A stretch of DNA of 63,221 bases, the filler included, from Octopus bimaculoides (lineage: Eukaryota): NCBI RefSeq assembly GCF_001194135.2. It is 6 parts of 6 records of this genome, joined end to end, with 100 filler letters (N's around TTAATTAATTAA, not from the genome) between each part and the next. Parts side by side here need not be neighbours in the genome. Positions count along the whole stretch, not along the records: positions 1 to 6,627 come from NC_069004.1; positions 6,728 to 13,009 come from NC_068981.1; 4 more parts are not named here. The stretch is one strand, 5' to 3'. The position numbers and the translations under genes were made by a program. Every line of letters starts with the position of its first letter. Position 1 is the first letter of the stretch. The notes below the pieces were generated by a model. The model did no database searches. It was not told where the DNA came from and saw only the letters and a list, made by a program, of their open reading frames with translations. Of this stretch, positions 1 to 10,760 are shown one piece after another.

Positions 1-52
1 TGGAAAAGAAGATATAAGGTTTTGCCAGATTTGTCTCTCTCACCAAGGTCAT

Positions 53-109
53 CAGCTTTCGAACGCCGACGAAGGGAAATAACCCTGAAATCCGGATACG
101 TTCGTGCTG
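53..109 (+). ncRNA. Type I hammerhead ribozyme-like motif (U4>C core variant)
   Basis: Helix I CGAACG 60-65 / CGTTCG 99-104, extended by CAGC 53-56 / GCTG 106-109. Core CCGACGA 66-72. Helix II AGGG-AAATAA-CCCT 73-86. GAAA 87-90. Palindromic helix III ATCCGGAT 90-97. Predicted AUA cleavage after 98. Confidence 0.7.
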
Positions 110-306
110 CTGGTTGCGGTGAGAGGGATAACTCCCTTGGCAAACAGGACACAGTCGTGTGTCGATAAGCCAGCTGGAGGAGATGTCCTCCTGGGGCTAA
201 AAGCAACAGTAACATCCACCCCTAGGGGTCAGCCACACTTAAGTGGCAATATACTACACTTTATCGTGCAGTTACTGTTAATACTTCATTTAGAGAATTA
301 ACATTG

Positions 307-338
<32 letters not shown>

Positions 339-711
339 CGGACGTTAAACGATGATGATGATGATGATATATATATCTAAACACATGCACATGCATGCAC
401 ACACACACACACATAACACGTAATTTATTATCTCTGTCAAAATTAGTTTAATAAAGCAGGAGATTGTCAGATAATGTGACACAAGTTTTGTGTTGCATGG
501 TTTTTAATTTGAAAATTGGCACATTGTTAATTCCTGCCCTTAATTCACTATCTACGTACTTTATATTGACCTAAATGTCGAACCAAGGTCTCCGACATAT
601 TTGTGTCGTTAAGGAACTAGGTCCATTGGCCGTATATTTTTAAGTGTAATCCCACTATGTCGTTCCTTAAGCCTGTACCCAACTACCTTCTCCCACATAG
701 CTTCCAAGCTA

Positions 712-848
712 ACTAAAGCTTTGTGGGTAGATTTAGTTGACAGAAAATAGAAACTGAAAGAAGCCTGATGTTTGTGTGTTTGCCCCCCCCACCATCGCTT
801 GACAACCGATGGTGGTGTGTTTACATCCCCGTAACTTAGCGGTTCAGC
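712..848 (+). mobile_element. tRNA-derived SINE family A fragment (body)
   Basis: Matches the AAAGCCTTGTG...GAAACTGAAAGAAGCC segment of the copy at 57512-57673 and the GCTTGACAAC...TAGCGGTTCAGC segment at 9345-9420. Confidence 0.65.
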
Positions 849-917
849 NNNNNNNNNNATATATATATATATATACATATATACATACACTTTCTCTCTC
901 ACACACACACACATAAG

Positions 918-1076
918 GAGTTTCTTTCAGTTACTGTCCACCATATCCACTCACAAGGTTTTGGATATCCCAGGTCTGTAGCAGACGACACTTACCTAAG
1001 GTACCACACAATAAGACTGACCCCAAAACCATGTAGGATGAAAAGCAAACTTCCTACCACACACCCACGCTTGCAT
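918..1076 (-). mobile_element. tRNA-derived SINE family A, degenerate head
   Basis: Reverse complement aligns with the family A head (GTGTGGTAAG...GGTTC...CCTTGGGCAAGTGTC) seen at 57512-57673. Confidence 0.6.
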
Positions 1077-1479
1077 CTATTAAAGAACAAAATTCCTTTA
1101 TCTAAATCAGCTTTTTGAAGAAAAAATATAAATAAATAACATTTAACTTTTCTCTTACGTAAACAACATCTGCCCTGATTTATCTCCTGGTTTGTCAACA
1201 TTATCATCATTAGATTGGGTCATTTTAAATTAATTCATTTGTTTTCCTTCTGTTTGTGTGTTATATAGATGGTTGTTTTGTTAAGACACTTGCTCTGTAA
1301 CCTTATGGTCTTCTATAATACCCCCAAGTCAACCAATGCCTTATTAGTTAAATTGGTAAATGGAAACTGTGTTGAAGTCCATTGTAAATCTTTTATCTTT
1401 TACTTGTTTCAGTCATTGGACTGTGGCCAGGCTGGGGGCATAATTATGTGTGTGTGTGTGTGTGTGTATACTCGGAAAT

Positions 1480-3329
1480 GGATGCATGGCATTCAATTAA
1501 ATAATAAATTGTAAATGATAACTTCTGATAATCGTGTGCATTGAACATTTGGTCAGTAAATCAAAAATCTTCCCAGCTGTAAGAGATGAATCAACAAACA
1601 TTGAGAAGCAAAACTCTTTTCTTTGGTAGAAGAATAAATGCCAAAAGAGCTAGTATTGCTCAAGAATTCCATCTTGCATTAATTAGTTTGGGTATTTTTT
1701 GAAACTTTACTGTAGGAAATTTGGTCAAATGAAATAGAAATTTCATGTCATCTCGTCATCCTGCTGATTCAATAATCTTTTCTTCACCATTGTTGAAATT
1801 AGCCTGGAGTTCCTCGTAATTACTTAGAAACTCTGGGATGAATGTTTATTCAATATTGGGAGATGACTTTTTCTCTAAGTTCGTTATCCATTACAACATG
1901 AAGAACTCTATCAAGGATATGATGCTGACAACTAATAAATTGTGGTTCTTTCAAACCCTTTTGAGCAAACAGTCTTTGCAACTGAATGACAATGCCATTT
2001 CTATTCCCAGTGTTCACACTTGTATCAGCAACAATCATCTTTATACAGTTCCATAAATTGTATTCATCTAAAACAGCTGTTATTCCTTTCACAACAGTAT
2101 CGGCTTTTCCATTTGGTAATTGGAGTGCTTCTAACTTAACTTTTCTCTATTCATTCCTTAAAACTAGCGCTAGGTATTCTTGGTCATCAATACATTTACC
2201 ATGAAAAAGCAACGACCAGTTTTCTAAATGTAGTGTTTTTTCATTTTGTTTTTTAGTTTAACAACTTCTTTGATAGTCGATCTGTAAATACCACATTGGA
2301 AGGAGTCTCAACAGTGATTCCATCTTGAGATAGTTGTTGACATACTGTTGCTGCTTTTGGGGTTGATAGCTTGGAAGATATTACTAACAACGCTGCAGTT
2401 CAAGTTTTGGTATGCTTCCTCCTTGTTTGTGTGGATTCTTCATCTGATCTTTTGGAATCTTGATATTCTCTTTCAGTCTTTGCTTCAGACATTGACAATG
2501 ACACTGGAGGCATTCTAGTTGAAGTTGGCATTAAGAACACTTTTCTTCTTTTGGATAGATGAATTGTTTTGGAACTGGCTGTCTTTCCAGTTACATATCC
2601 AACCTGTCCCTTGCTTTCAATTTGAAGATAATATAACCTTCTATCCTCACTGCACAGCCATTTGCCGCTTTCCTTTGTGATGTCAAAAATTCCTTTCAAT
2701 GAATTGTATTTTCCTCGTTTTACACATTTATCATAGGTATTCAGCACTTTTTCCACTTTTGCTTGGACATTTTCAATTGACAAATATGGGAAATTTAATT
2801 TCTTTTGCCATAAAAAGTTACTTCTTTCGAAATTACCTTTGTTCTTTCTTTCCTTCCTTTGATGGTACCTCGAAGGAACAGGTAGCAACCGACAATTTGA
2901 AGTTTCATTGATATCCTGCAGTTGTTTCCCAAAGAATGCTCTCCTAGAGGAAAAGGTCTTCTTTTCCTAAGTGAGTCTTGAAATTGCACGAGATTCTTCG
3001 TCCAGATTTCTTTGTTTCTTTGAGTGACACTTTTCTTATAAGACATTATTTTAGATACTCTAGTTGGATAAGCCTACTTTTCTGAAAAGCAGTTAATAGA
3101 GTCAGAGTTTTTAACATAACAGAAATAAAAAGAAGAAGATATTAATTAAAGTAGGGCCTAAACTACTTAAACTTGAAAGTTGAAATTTGAGATACTCTGC
3201 TTCTGTGTTGCATTAAGTCAGCACACCAAGTTTGGTAAAAACTTGAGTAGGCCTTATGAACGCACTAGAATTTTGCATGATTTGGGTCAAAAGTGGTGTT
3301 AGATTTCTTCAGCTGGGAGTGACGCTTAA
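1480..3329 (-). mobile_element. Degenerate DDE DNA transposon (hAT-related, CxxH/CQHH-type transposase)
   Basis: ORF fragments 2400-2888 and 1850-2092 give IVADTSVNTGNRNG and ISCQHHILD (DT..NTG plus CxxH motifs), with further fragments downstream. Multiple stops and frameshifts. Exact superfamily assignment is uncertain. Confidence 0.7.
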
Positions 3330-3689
3330 NNNNNNNNNNNNNNNNNNNNNNNNNNNNNNNNNNNNNNNNNNNNNNNNNNNNNNNNNNNNNNNNNNNNNNN
3401 NNNNNNNNNNNNNNNNNNNNNNNNNNNNNNNNNNNNNNNNNNNNNNNNNNNNNNNNNNNNNNNNNNNNNNNNNNNNNNNNNNNNNNNNNNNNNNNNNNNN
3501 NNNNNNNNNNNNNNNNNNNNNNNNNNNNNNNNNNNNNNNNNNNNNNNNNNNNNNNNNNNNNNNNNNNNNNNNNNNNNNNNNNNNNNNNNNNNNNNNNNNN
3601 NNNNNNNNNNNNNNNNNNNNNNNNNNNNNNNNNNNNNNNNNNNNNNNNNNNNNNNNNNNNNNNNNNNNNNNNNNNNNNNNNNNNNTGAC

Positions 3690-4140
3690 CTCATCTTCAC
3701 CCCAGTCACTATCTGAAGTTAGGGCTTGGCCTTTAAATAGATTAAGGTCAAGATTGTTGTTTTTGTAAGGCTCTTTGCTCGTTTTAATGGATGTATGTAA
3801 TATTTTAGATTTTGAATGTTGTGTGTATATTGAAGGGGTCTTGTTTGCTTATATACATTTATTGTTGGGCTCCTCATTATTTATGTTGTACATTGTAGGG
3901 TATTTGGTTTTTAATTAACAATGGTTATTAATTATTTTTATGTTATGTTATGTTCTATTTATTATATCAAACCCAATTGCTGCTGGGGCGTTGGCTATCT
4001 AGAGTTATCTTTCTATCTCTTAAAGGTCCAATTGTGCTTGTACAAACATCTAAGAGCTTATTTGTATCTTGTATTAATGTATGTTTTGATGTAAATATCT
4101 GGTAAAGCTCCTCTATGCATAAATTGCATCTATTTTCCCT
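3690..4140 (-). mobile_element. Penelope-like element 3' relic (C-terminal Cys/His region of the GIY-YIG endonuclease)
   Basis: Minus-strand translation of 4020-4134 gives NRCNLCIEELYQIFTSKHTL...KLLDVC, resembling the CNLC..EK..I.....LLN.RSEL...CRH end of PLE ORFs. Confidence 0.5.
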
Positions 4141-4989
4141 TACTCGTTAAGGCTTAGCAGTACTAATTAGTTCCTAATTGATAGAATAGCTGTTGTTTTC
4201 GTCTTTATTTGACCAGATTAATTTACTTTGGCTTGTATTGTTTTTTTTGTTTTTTTCCCTATCTCTAAAGAAATTTAAATGATTGGTCAGTCTTTTTTTG
4301 ACAAAAAAAAAAGAGAGAGAGAGAGAGAGAGAGCTGGCCCCTGTATAAAAGTATTCTCTTTCCTCCAAGCTAACTTTACATCAATAACAAAACCAATGAC
4401 GATGACAAAAGCAATAACGTTGCTGCTGCTAATGAGGACGATGACGACAATGATCATGATGCCACGGACGATGGTTATGATGGCAACAGGGTGGGGGTGG
4501 GGCGGTGATGAAATAAAAGAATGACTACAACAATTAAAGACACATACACACACACACACAAAAAAANNNNNNNNNNNNNNNNNNNNNNNNNNNNNNNNNN
4601 NNNNNNNNNNNNNNNNNNNNNNNNNNNNNNNNNNNNNNNNNNNNNNNNNNNNNNNNNNNNNNNNNNNNNNNNNNNNNNNNNNNNNNNNNNNNNNNNNNNN
4701 NNNNNNNNNNNNNNNNNNNNNNNNNNNNNNNNNNNNNNNNNNNNNNNNNNNNNNNNNNNNNNNNNNNNNNNNNNNNNNNNNNNNNNNNNNNNNNNNNNNN
4801 NNNNNNNNNNNNNNNNNNNNNNNNNNNNNNNNNNNNNNNNNNNNNNNNNNNNNNNNNNNNNNNNNNNNNNNNNNNNNNNNNNNNNNNNNNNNNNNNNNNN
4901 NNNNNNNNNNNNNNNNNNNNNNNNNNNNNNNNNNNNNNNNNNNNNNNNNNNNNNNNNNNNNNNNNNNNNNNNNNNNTTAAGATGATTCC

Positions 4990-5088
4990 CATGCTTTCCC
5001 TGATGAGAAGGTTACAATTTTAATATCAAAGATCCCTATGGATCACACAGGTTGTAATCCTTTGAAACATATGTAGGAATAAAGTATG
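4990..5088 (+). ncRNA. Type I hammerhead ribozyme motif with complete catalytic core
   Basis: Helix I TTCC 4996-4999 / GGAA 5076-5079, plus CATGCT 4990-4995 / AGTATG 5083-5088 after a TAA bulge. CTGATGA 5000-5006. Helix II GAAGGTTACAA 5007-5017 / TTGTAATCCTTT 5052-5063 with an inner GATCC-CTAT-GGATC hairpin. GAAA 5064-5067. Palindromic helix III ACATATGT. GUA cleavage site at 5075. Confidence 0.82.
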
Positions 5089-5283
5089 CAATTATAACAT
5101 GCGTTTTCTCCAATCCTTAAATTCTTAAATATACTCAAATAACCAAAATTTCAAGGAGTTCCTGCCTTAAAAACAGGAACTAAACCACAGTTATTTTGTG
5201 TTCTTTGCTACATTGGTTTCTATTAACCGATTTATTCTATCAGAAGAATTTTTATTCATTAAGATAGAAGAAATACACATAAT

Positions 5284-5314
<31 letters not shown>

Positions 5315-5363
5315 ATGTGTGTGTATATTATTATATATATAATTATTATTATTATTTCAAATC

Positions 5364-5496
5364 TTTGCCACAAGGGTAGCTTGGGGAGGTGGGGACGACT
5401 CGATTACATTGACCCCAATGCATAACTGGTATGGCAGACGAAATACTGCTAAGTATTTTGCCCGGAGTGCTAACGTTTCTGTCAGCTCGCCGCCTT
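5364..5496 (-). mobile_element. SINE family B (AGGCGGCGAGCTGGCAGAA head), internally deleted
   Basis: Reverse complement matches the copies at 25130-25320 and 43345-43550. Confidence 0.75.
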
Positions 5497-5524
5497 TTCT
5501 CCATTTTCTGCTTAATTCAAATTT

Positions 5525-5559
<35 letters not shown>

Positions 5560-6013
5560 ACATACATACATACACACACACACGTGCACACGCCCATATA
5601 TACACAAGCATATATTTATCTGCATATACATATATATATATTCACACACCTGAATCCAACACCCTGACCACAAAGCCATGTGTCTCCACTATACTGAATG
5701 TGTTGGACCAGGTGACAATGTGTTTGGCTACTTTTGAATACCCTTGTACTTTTCTTAGGCAGCAAAGTGTATCCTGCCCCCACTAGTTATTTGAGAAAAT
5801 CCCAGTGTGGGTGGTTGTGTGTGGGTGGTTGTGGGGGTTCTAATAAAGAATAACTGGCGTTAATGGGTTAATTACTGGTATGACGGAGAGAGAGGATGAG
5901 ACATTCCCGGAAACAGGGAAAAACATTGCCTGTTTGTCGATATGAGTGTGTGTGTGCATGTGCACGTGCACATGCACGTGTGTGTGTGTGTGTATCTTTT
6001 ATCNNNNNNNNNN

Positions 6014-6405
6014 TAAGTGAGTCTTGAAATTGCACGAGATTCTTCGTCCAGATTTTTTTGTTTTTCTGAGTGACACGCACTTCTCTTATGAGACATTATT
6101 TTAGATACTGTAGTTGGATAAGCCTGCTATTCTGAAAAACAGTTAATATAGTCAGAGTTTTTAACATAACAGAAATAAAAAGGGGAGGAAGAGGATATTT
6201 CCTAAAGTAGTGCCTAAGTAGTAACAAATTAAAAATGCTCTAATTCCTAAACTACTTAAACTTGAAAGCTGAAATTTGAGATATACTGCTTCTGTATTGC
6301 ATTAAGTCAGCACACCAAGTTTGGTAAAAACTTGAGTAGGCCTTATGAACCCCCTAGAATTTTGCATGATTTGGGTCAAAAGTGGTGTTAGATTTCTTCA
6401 GTTGA
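6014..6405 (-). mobile_element. Second copy of the 5' end of the 1480-3329 DNA transposon
   Basis: Direct, high-identity duplicate of about 2968-3311 (TAAGTGAGTCTTGAAATTGCACGAG...GGTGTTAGATTTCTTCAG) with small indels. Confidence 0.85.
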
Positions 6406-6727
6406 GGATAACCTTTTTTTAAAAAAAAAAAACTTAAAATAAAGGTTATTTTCCCATCTTATATGAAATTGTTGACTTTTGATACAGGAAATCGTTTACT
6501 TTGAAAAACTTGTTACCCTATTGTACGACCACAAAATTTATTTTATAGCTATATACAGCATATTATAATAACCTACTTATGTTTCCGCTGCAACAACTAC
6601 TCATTGTTGCAAATGCGACCTGCAAACNNNNNNNNNNNNNNNNNNNNNNNNNNNNNNNNNNNNNNNNNNNNTTAATTAATTAANNNNNNNNNNNNNNNNN
6701 NNNNNNNNNNNNNNNNNNNNNNNNNNN

Positions 6728-6777
<50 letters not shown>

Positions 6778-6929
6778 AATGTAGGTAAGTATTTCTGTGT
6801 ATGTGTATGTTTGCATGTATGTACGGGTAACATCTCTTTTAAATGTATTTTCTTTTTTCTTTTTTCGTATTTTATATAATTATGTTCTAGTTTTATCTTT
6901 TTTATTATCATGTTGTTTTGCTTTGTAAA

Positions 6930-7560
6930 ACAACTACCAATTCGAGAACTTTGTAGTCTCATCTTCAGAGTGAAAGAATGTCTGAATGTATTACACATTT
7001 TATATACTCATCATAGTTGATGAGTATTTGATTCACCCATACACTTTATGTATGGTTTGTATAATTTTTAATGGTTCTGGTGTTTGATGTATTCATTTCG
7101 GCGTATTATTCTCTGTCTGGCTCTATTTGATTAAATGCCCGTTGTTGATTGGTGTTTGGTTTATTCTATGAACTTCTTTATCTAATGCTTTGTTTTAGAG
7201 AGGAATGTAAATGCGCTTCTTAGTCAGGATTGTTTTACAAAATTTTATATCTGTGTGTACATTCGCTGTCTACATCTGAGTATATACATATTTGTCTTTG
7301 GTGTAAATAGACGTGATGTATCAATTGTTTTCCCTCTCAACATTCATGTTTACAAATAGAGTTTTATTAAAGCCGTTTTGTATGTTCAATTTTAGTACTA
7401 CGTTGTTTTTAGTTCTAACTTTAATTTCCCGACACTTTCTGGCGTGTGTATTATGATGAGTATATCATTCACACACCCAATGTATATGCTTATATCTTTA
7501 TTCTCCATTGTGGCCAAGTGAAACATCGTGATCAAGGACTCGAAAATCTACTCTTTTGTT
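6930..7560 (-). mobile_element. Penelope-like element reverse transcriptase relic
   Basis: Minus-strand translation gives SIYIGCVNDILII (decayed Y.RYVDDI, about 7455-7490) and ALDKEVHRINQTPINNGH (about 7135-7188, PLE RT thumb-like). Many stops. A hammerhead-like remnant lies at its 3' side. Confidence 0.6.
6931..6972 (-). ncRNA. Degenerate hammerhead-like remnant at the 3' side of the PLE relic
   Basis: Minus strand reads CTGAAGA-T-GAGA(loop)TCTC-GAAT-TGGTAGTT. GAAA is mutated and helix I does not pair. Confidence 0.3.
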
Positions 7561-7708
7561 ATCTTTTTGTTTTACGTTAGCAGCTTGTTGCCATGACATC
7601 ACTGTGTTGTGGTTCACTATTGCCTGTGCCGCTGTTGTCTATGTTGATTTTTCACACTTGATTCTTCACATCACACGATTCTTTTCACCCACGTGCTTCG
7701 TTTTAATT

Positions 7709-7875
7709 TTTGTGTGTTAGTATATTACGTATTTTCTGTGCTTCTGTGTGTTAGTATTTTTCTGTGCTTTTTCTGTGTGTTAGTATTTTTCTGTGCTTTT
7801 TTCTGTGTGTTAGTATTTTTCTGTGCTTTTTTCTGTGTTAGTATTTTTCTGTACTTCTGTGTTAGTATTTTTACA
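7709..7875. repeat. Minisatellite of about 30 bp, roughly 6 degenerate units
   Basis: Repeating TGTGTGTTAGTATTTTTCTGTGCTTTTT(T)C. Confidence 0.85.
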
Positions 7876-8260
7876 TATTTTTTATTTCATATATTTTGGG
7901 GACTCATTGACTCAGGGTGAATTCATAATTTCACTAGATTAATTCTGTTCATAAAAATTTTAATTAGGCGTATTTCTTAAACCGTTAGCTTCACATTTCA
8001 ACAGCTTAACTGAAATTTAGCCCATATAACAGTAACTGAGAGAGATATCATGCAACAGAGAAACTGTGGGTGATACAGATAATGTGACATTATTTTTGAA
8101 TTCTGTATGCAAAATCATATAAGATATAGGTATTCTTTTCCTTGAGACAAATTCTTTGTTGACCAGTTTTATTCTTATTGTAGTTTAGAAATCCAAGCAT
8201 GTAAACGTTATTTACATTATTTACATTTGACGGATATTTATCCTCATCTTGTTTGTTGTT

Positions 8261-8305
8261 AACACAACGTTTCGCTGATATACCTTCCAGCCTTCATCAG
8301 GTGTC
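8261..8305 (-). ncRNA. Minimal type I hammerhead motif (1-nt deletion in helix II)
   Basis: Minus strand reads GACAC-CTGATGA-A-GGCTG...CAGC-GAAA-CGTT-GTGTT. Confidence 0.6.
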
Positions 8306-8351
8306 TTGGGGAAATTTCGAACCTGGGTTCTCATTCCTAAGGTTTTTTCGA

Positions 8352-8386
<35 letters not shown>

Positions 8387-8456
8387 GTGGTTAAGACCGC
8401 AGACTACAAACCCCAAGATTCTAAGTTCTATTCCAGGCAGTGACCTGAATGATAAT

Positions 8457-8517
<61 letters not shown>

Positions 8518-8591
8518 TCAACAACAACAACAACGACAACAACATCGAAAAATACCCTAGGAATGAGAACTCAGATTCGAAATTTCTCCCA

Positions 8592-8637
8592 AACACCTGA
8601 TGAAGGCTGGAGGGTGTATCAGCCGAAACGTTGTGTT
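8592..8637 (+). ncRNA. Minimal type I hammerhead motif
   Basis: AACAC 8592-8596 / GTGTT 8633-8637. CTGATGA 8597-8603. GGCTG/CAGCC helix II. GAAA 8625-8628. Loopless palindromic ACGT helix III. GUU triplet. Confidence 0.7.
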
Positions 8638-9559
8638 AGCAACAAACAAAATAAGGACAAATATCCGTCAAATGTAAATAATGAATACAAACATCTACAT
8701 GCACGTGTATATTAATGATGTACACAGATACATGGCAAGTATGCATAATAGTGAAATACGCATGAAGTAAAGAAATGCAGACAAATATATTAGTATAACA
8801 ATTTTTTTTTAAATAATAAAAACTTACAATCAATGAAGAGACAAAAGAAACAGTAAGATGATACATGCTGGTTTTATTAGGTATTTCTGTTTATTTAGAA
8901 ACCTACAATGAACAGGTCATGTCACAGACGCTAAACTATAAATTTCACAGGGTACAACCTTAAAGTTGATACCGCTCCGCTAACCGGAGAAAAATTTCTG
9001 TCTCGCTATTGGCTAAAAATACAGAGTTTTTCCGATCTTTAAACCTCTATAACTCTTTCCTCCAGTTTTTTTTTCTCCACGACATCATACCTTCGTAGCA
9101 ATGAAACTGGAAGACTACATTATTATATCCGATTTTCAGATCTTTTACTTGTGTAGGTTTGCTTACGTCCCCGCCACTAAGAATAAGTACTAGGCTTGAA
9201 AAGATTAAAATGTTCTGGGGTCGATTTGCTCGACTAAAAAACACTTCGAGGTGGTTCCCCAATTTGGCCGCAATCAAATGATTGAAACAAGTAAAATATG
9301 TGTGTGTATGTGCGTGCATATGTGTGTGTGTGTCTGTGTGTGTCTGTATTTGTCCTCCACCATTGCTTGACAACTGATCTTGGTGTGTTTATGTCTGCGT
9401 AAAATAGCGGTTCAGCCAAAGAGACCGGTAGAATAAGTACTGGGTTTATAAAGAATAAATCGGAGCTCGTTTTGGGAAAGAAAAATACTAGATCCACACG
9501 CGAGCGCACACACAAACAAACACAAACAAACACAAACGCACACACACACACATACAGAC

Positions 9560-9910
9560 AGGCTTCTTTCAGGTTTCGTCTACCAAATCCATTCACAAAC
9601 CATTCATCTGCCCGGGGCTATAGAACAGTGGTTCTCAATCATTTTTTTTTCTATGGACCCCGTTCAGTGTATATAAAAGTACCCTACTGTATTTTGATAA
9701 TTAAATATTATTAAGAATTGCATTTAAAAAGAAGCATTGTAGAAGTATAAGCAATTTATTGCACATGAATTTTAACAAAATTCTATATGGACCCCGGTTC
9801 AGGAGCATTGCTATAGAAGACATTTGCCCAAGGTGCCACGTAGTGGGACTGAACCTGGAACCATGTGGTTAAGAAGCAAGCTTCTTACGACATAGCCACG
9901 CCTGCGCCTA
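9560..9910 (-). mobile_element. tRNA-derived SINE family A interrupted by an hAT MITE
   Basis: CAGGCTTCTTTCAG...GGCTATAGAA | MITE | GACATTTGCCCAAGGTGCCACG...AAGCAAGCTTCTTAC. Confidence 0.8.
9626..9810. mobile_element. hAT (Charlie/Buster-type) MITE with 8-bp TSD
   Basis: Starts CAGTGGTTCTCAA and ends with a degenerate TCAGGAGCATTG. Perfect TSD CTATAGAA at 9618-9625 and 9811-9818. Confidence 0.85.
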
Positions 9911-9928
9911 TTCGCACAACGACGCCTG

Positions 9929-9992
<64 letters not shown>

Positions 9993-10003
9993 NNNNNNNN
10001 NNA

Positions 10004-10059
<56 letters not shown>

Positions 10060-10064
<5 letters not shown>

Positions 10065-10480
10065 ATTGTTTTAATCATTAAAGTGCAGCCATCCAGGGGC
10101 ACCGCCTAGAAGATAGAAGAATTTTAGTCGAACAAATCGAACTGCATAGATATAATCTTCTACTTGTTTCTGTCATGCATTGAGGCATTTTTTAATTGAA
10201 GAAATCTATTCCAGTACTTTTATTCTTTTCAGGCTAGCATTTATTCTCTCGTTTTTATTTTTGCTGAACTGCTAAGTTACGGGGGCGTACCAAACACCGA
10301 TTGTCCAGCTGTGTTCCGGGACAATCATAAACGCATATAGTCACATACATATGTATACACGGCGGGTCGGCCCGGGGCTATAGTAGAAGAAATGTGCCAA
10401 AGGTGCCACGTAGTAGGACGGAACTGTATGGTTGAGAAGCAAACATTTTACTACACAGCTACTCCTTTCATCCACGTCTG
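10060..10480 (-). mobile_element. tRNA-derived SINE family A, near full length
   Basis: Tail (GCAGCCATCCAGGGCACCGCC...TTAGTCGAACAAATCGA), body (GCTAAGTTACGGGG) and head (CCAAAGGTGCCACGTAG) are all present. Confidence 0.75.
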
Positions 10481-10523
10481 CATATATAGTACATACATAT
10501 AATACAATACACACACACAGATG

Positions 10524-10577
<54 letters not shown>

Positions 10578-10587
10578 CATACATACA

Positions 10588-10618
<31 letters not shown>

Positions 10619-10658
10619 GTAGATGTAGAGACAGACAGGCGACCAGACAGTCAGACAA

Positions 10659-10711
<53 letters not shown>

Positions 10712-10712
10712 C

Positions 10713-10760
<48 letters not shown>

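Larger units (their letters stand above)
8215..8683. repeat. Inverted repeat pair of about 138 bp (8215-8352 and 8544-8683), each arm carrying a hammerhead motif
   Basis: The reverse complement of the left arm aligns with the right arm. The spacer holds (TAT)n, a tRNA-like fragment and (ATA)n/(ACA)n. Confidence 0.9.

Noticed and set aside
1-58. Minus-strand CTGATGA at 49-55 facing the plus-strand hammerhead
   Set aside because: No GAAA at the right place and no convincing helices; it overlaps the helix I extension of the plus-strand motif.
104-230. HDV-like ribozyme (hairpin followed by GGCTAA and a GTTGC/GCAAC pairing)
   Set aside because: P1, P3 and L3 could not be placed in the required nested order.
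8386-8450. tRNA-like sequence AGTGGTTAAGACCGCAGACT...GTTCTATTCC
   Set aside because: Only A/B-box remnants and no cloverleaf; a SINE head fragment rather than a tRNA gene. The same applies to 40080-40145.
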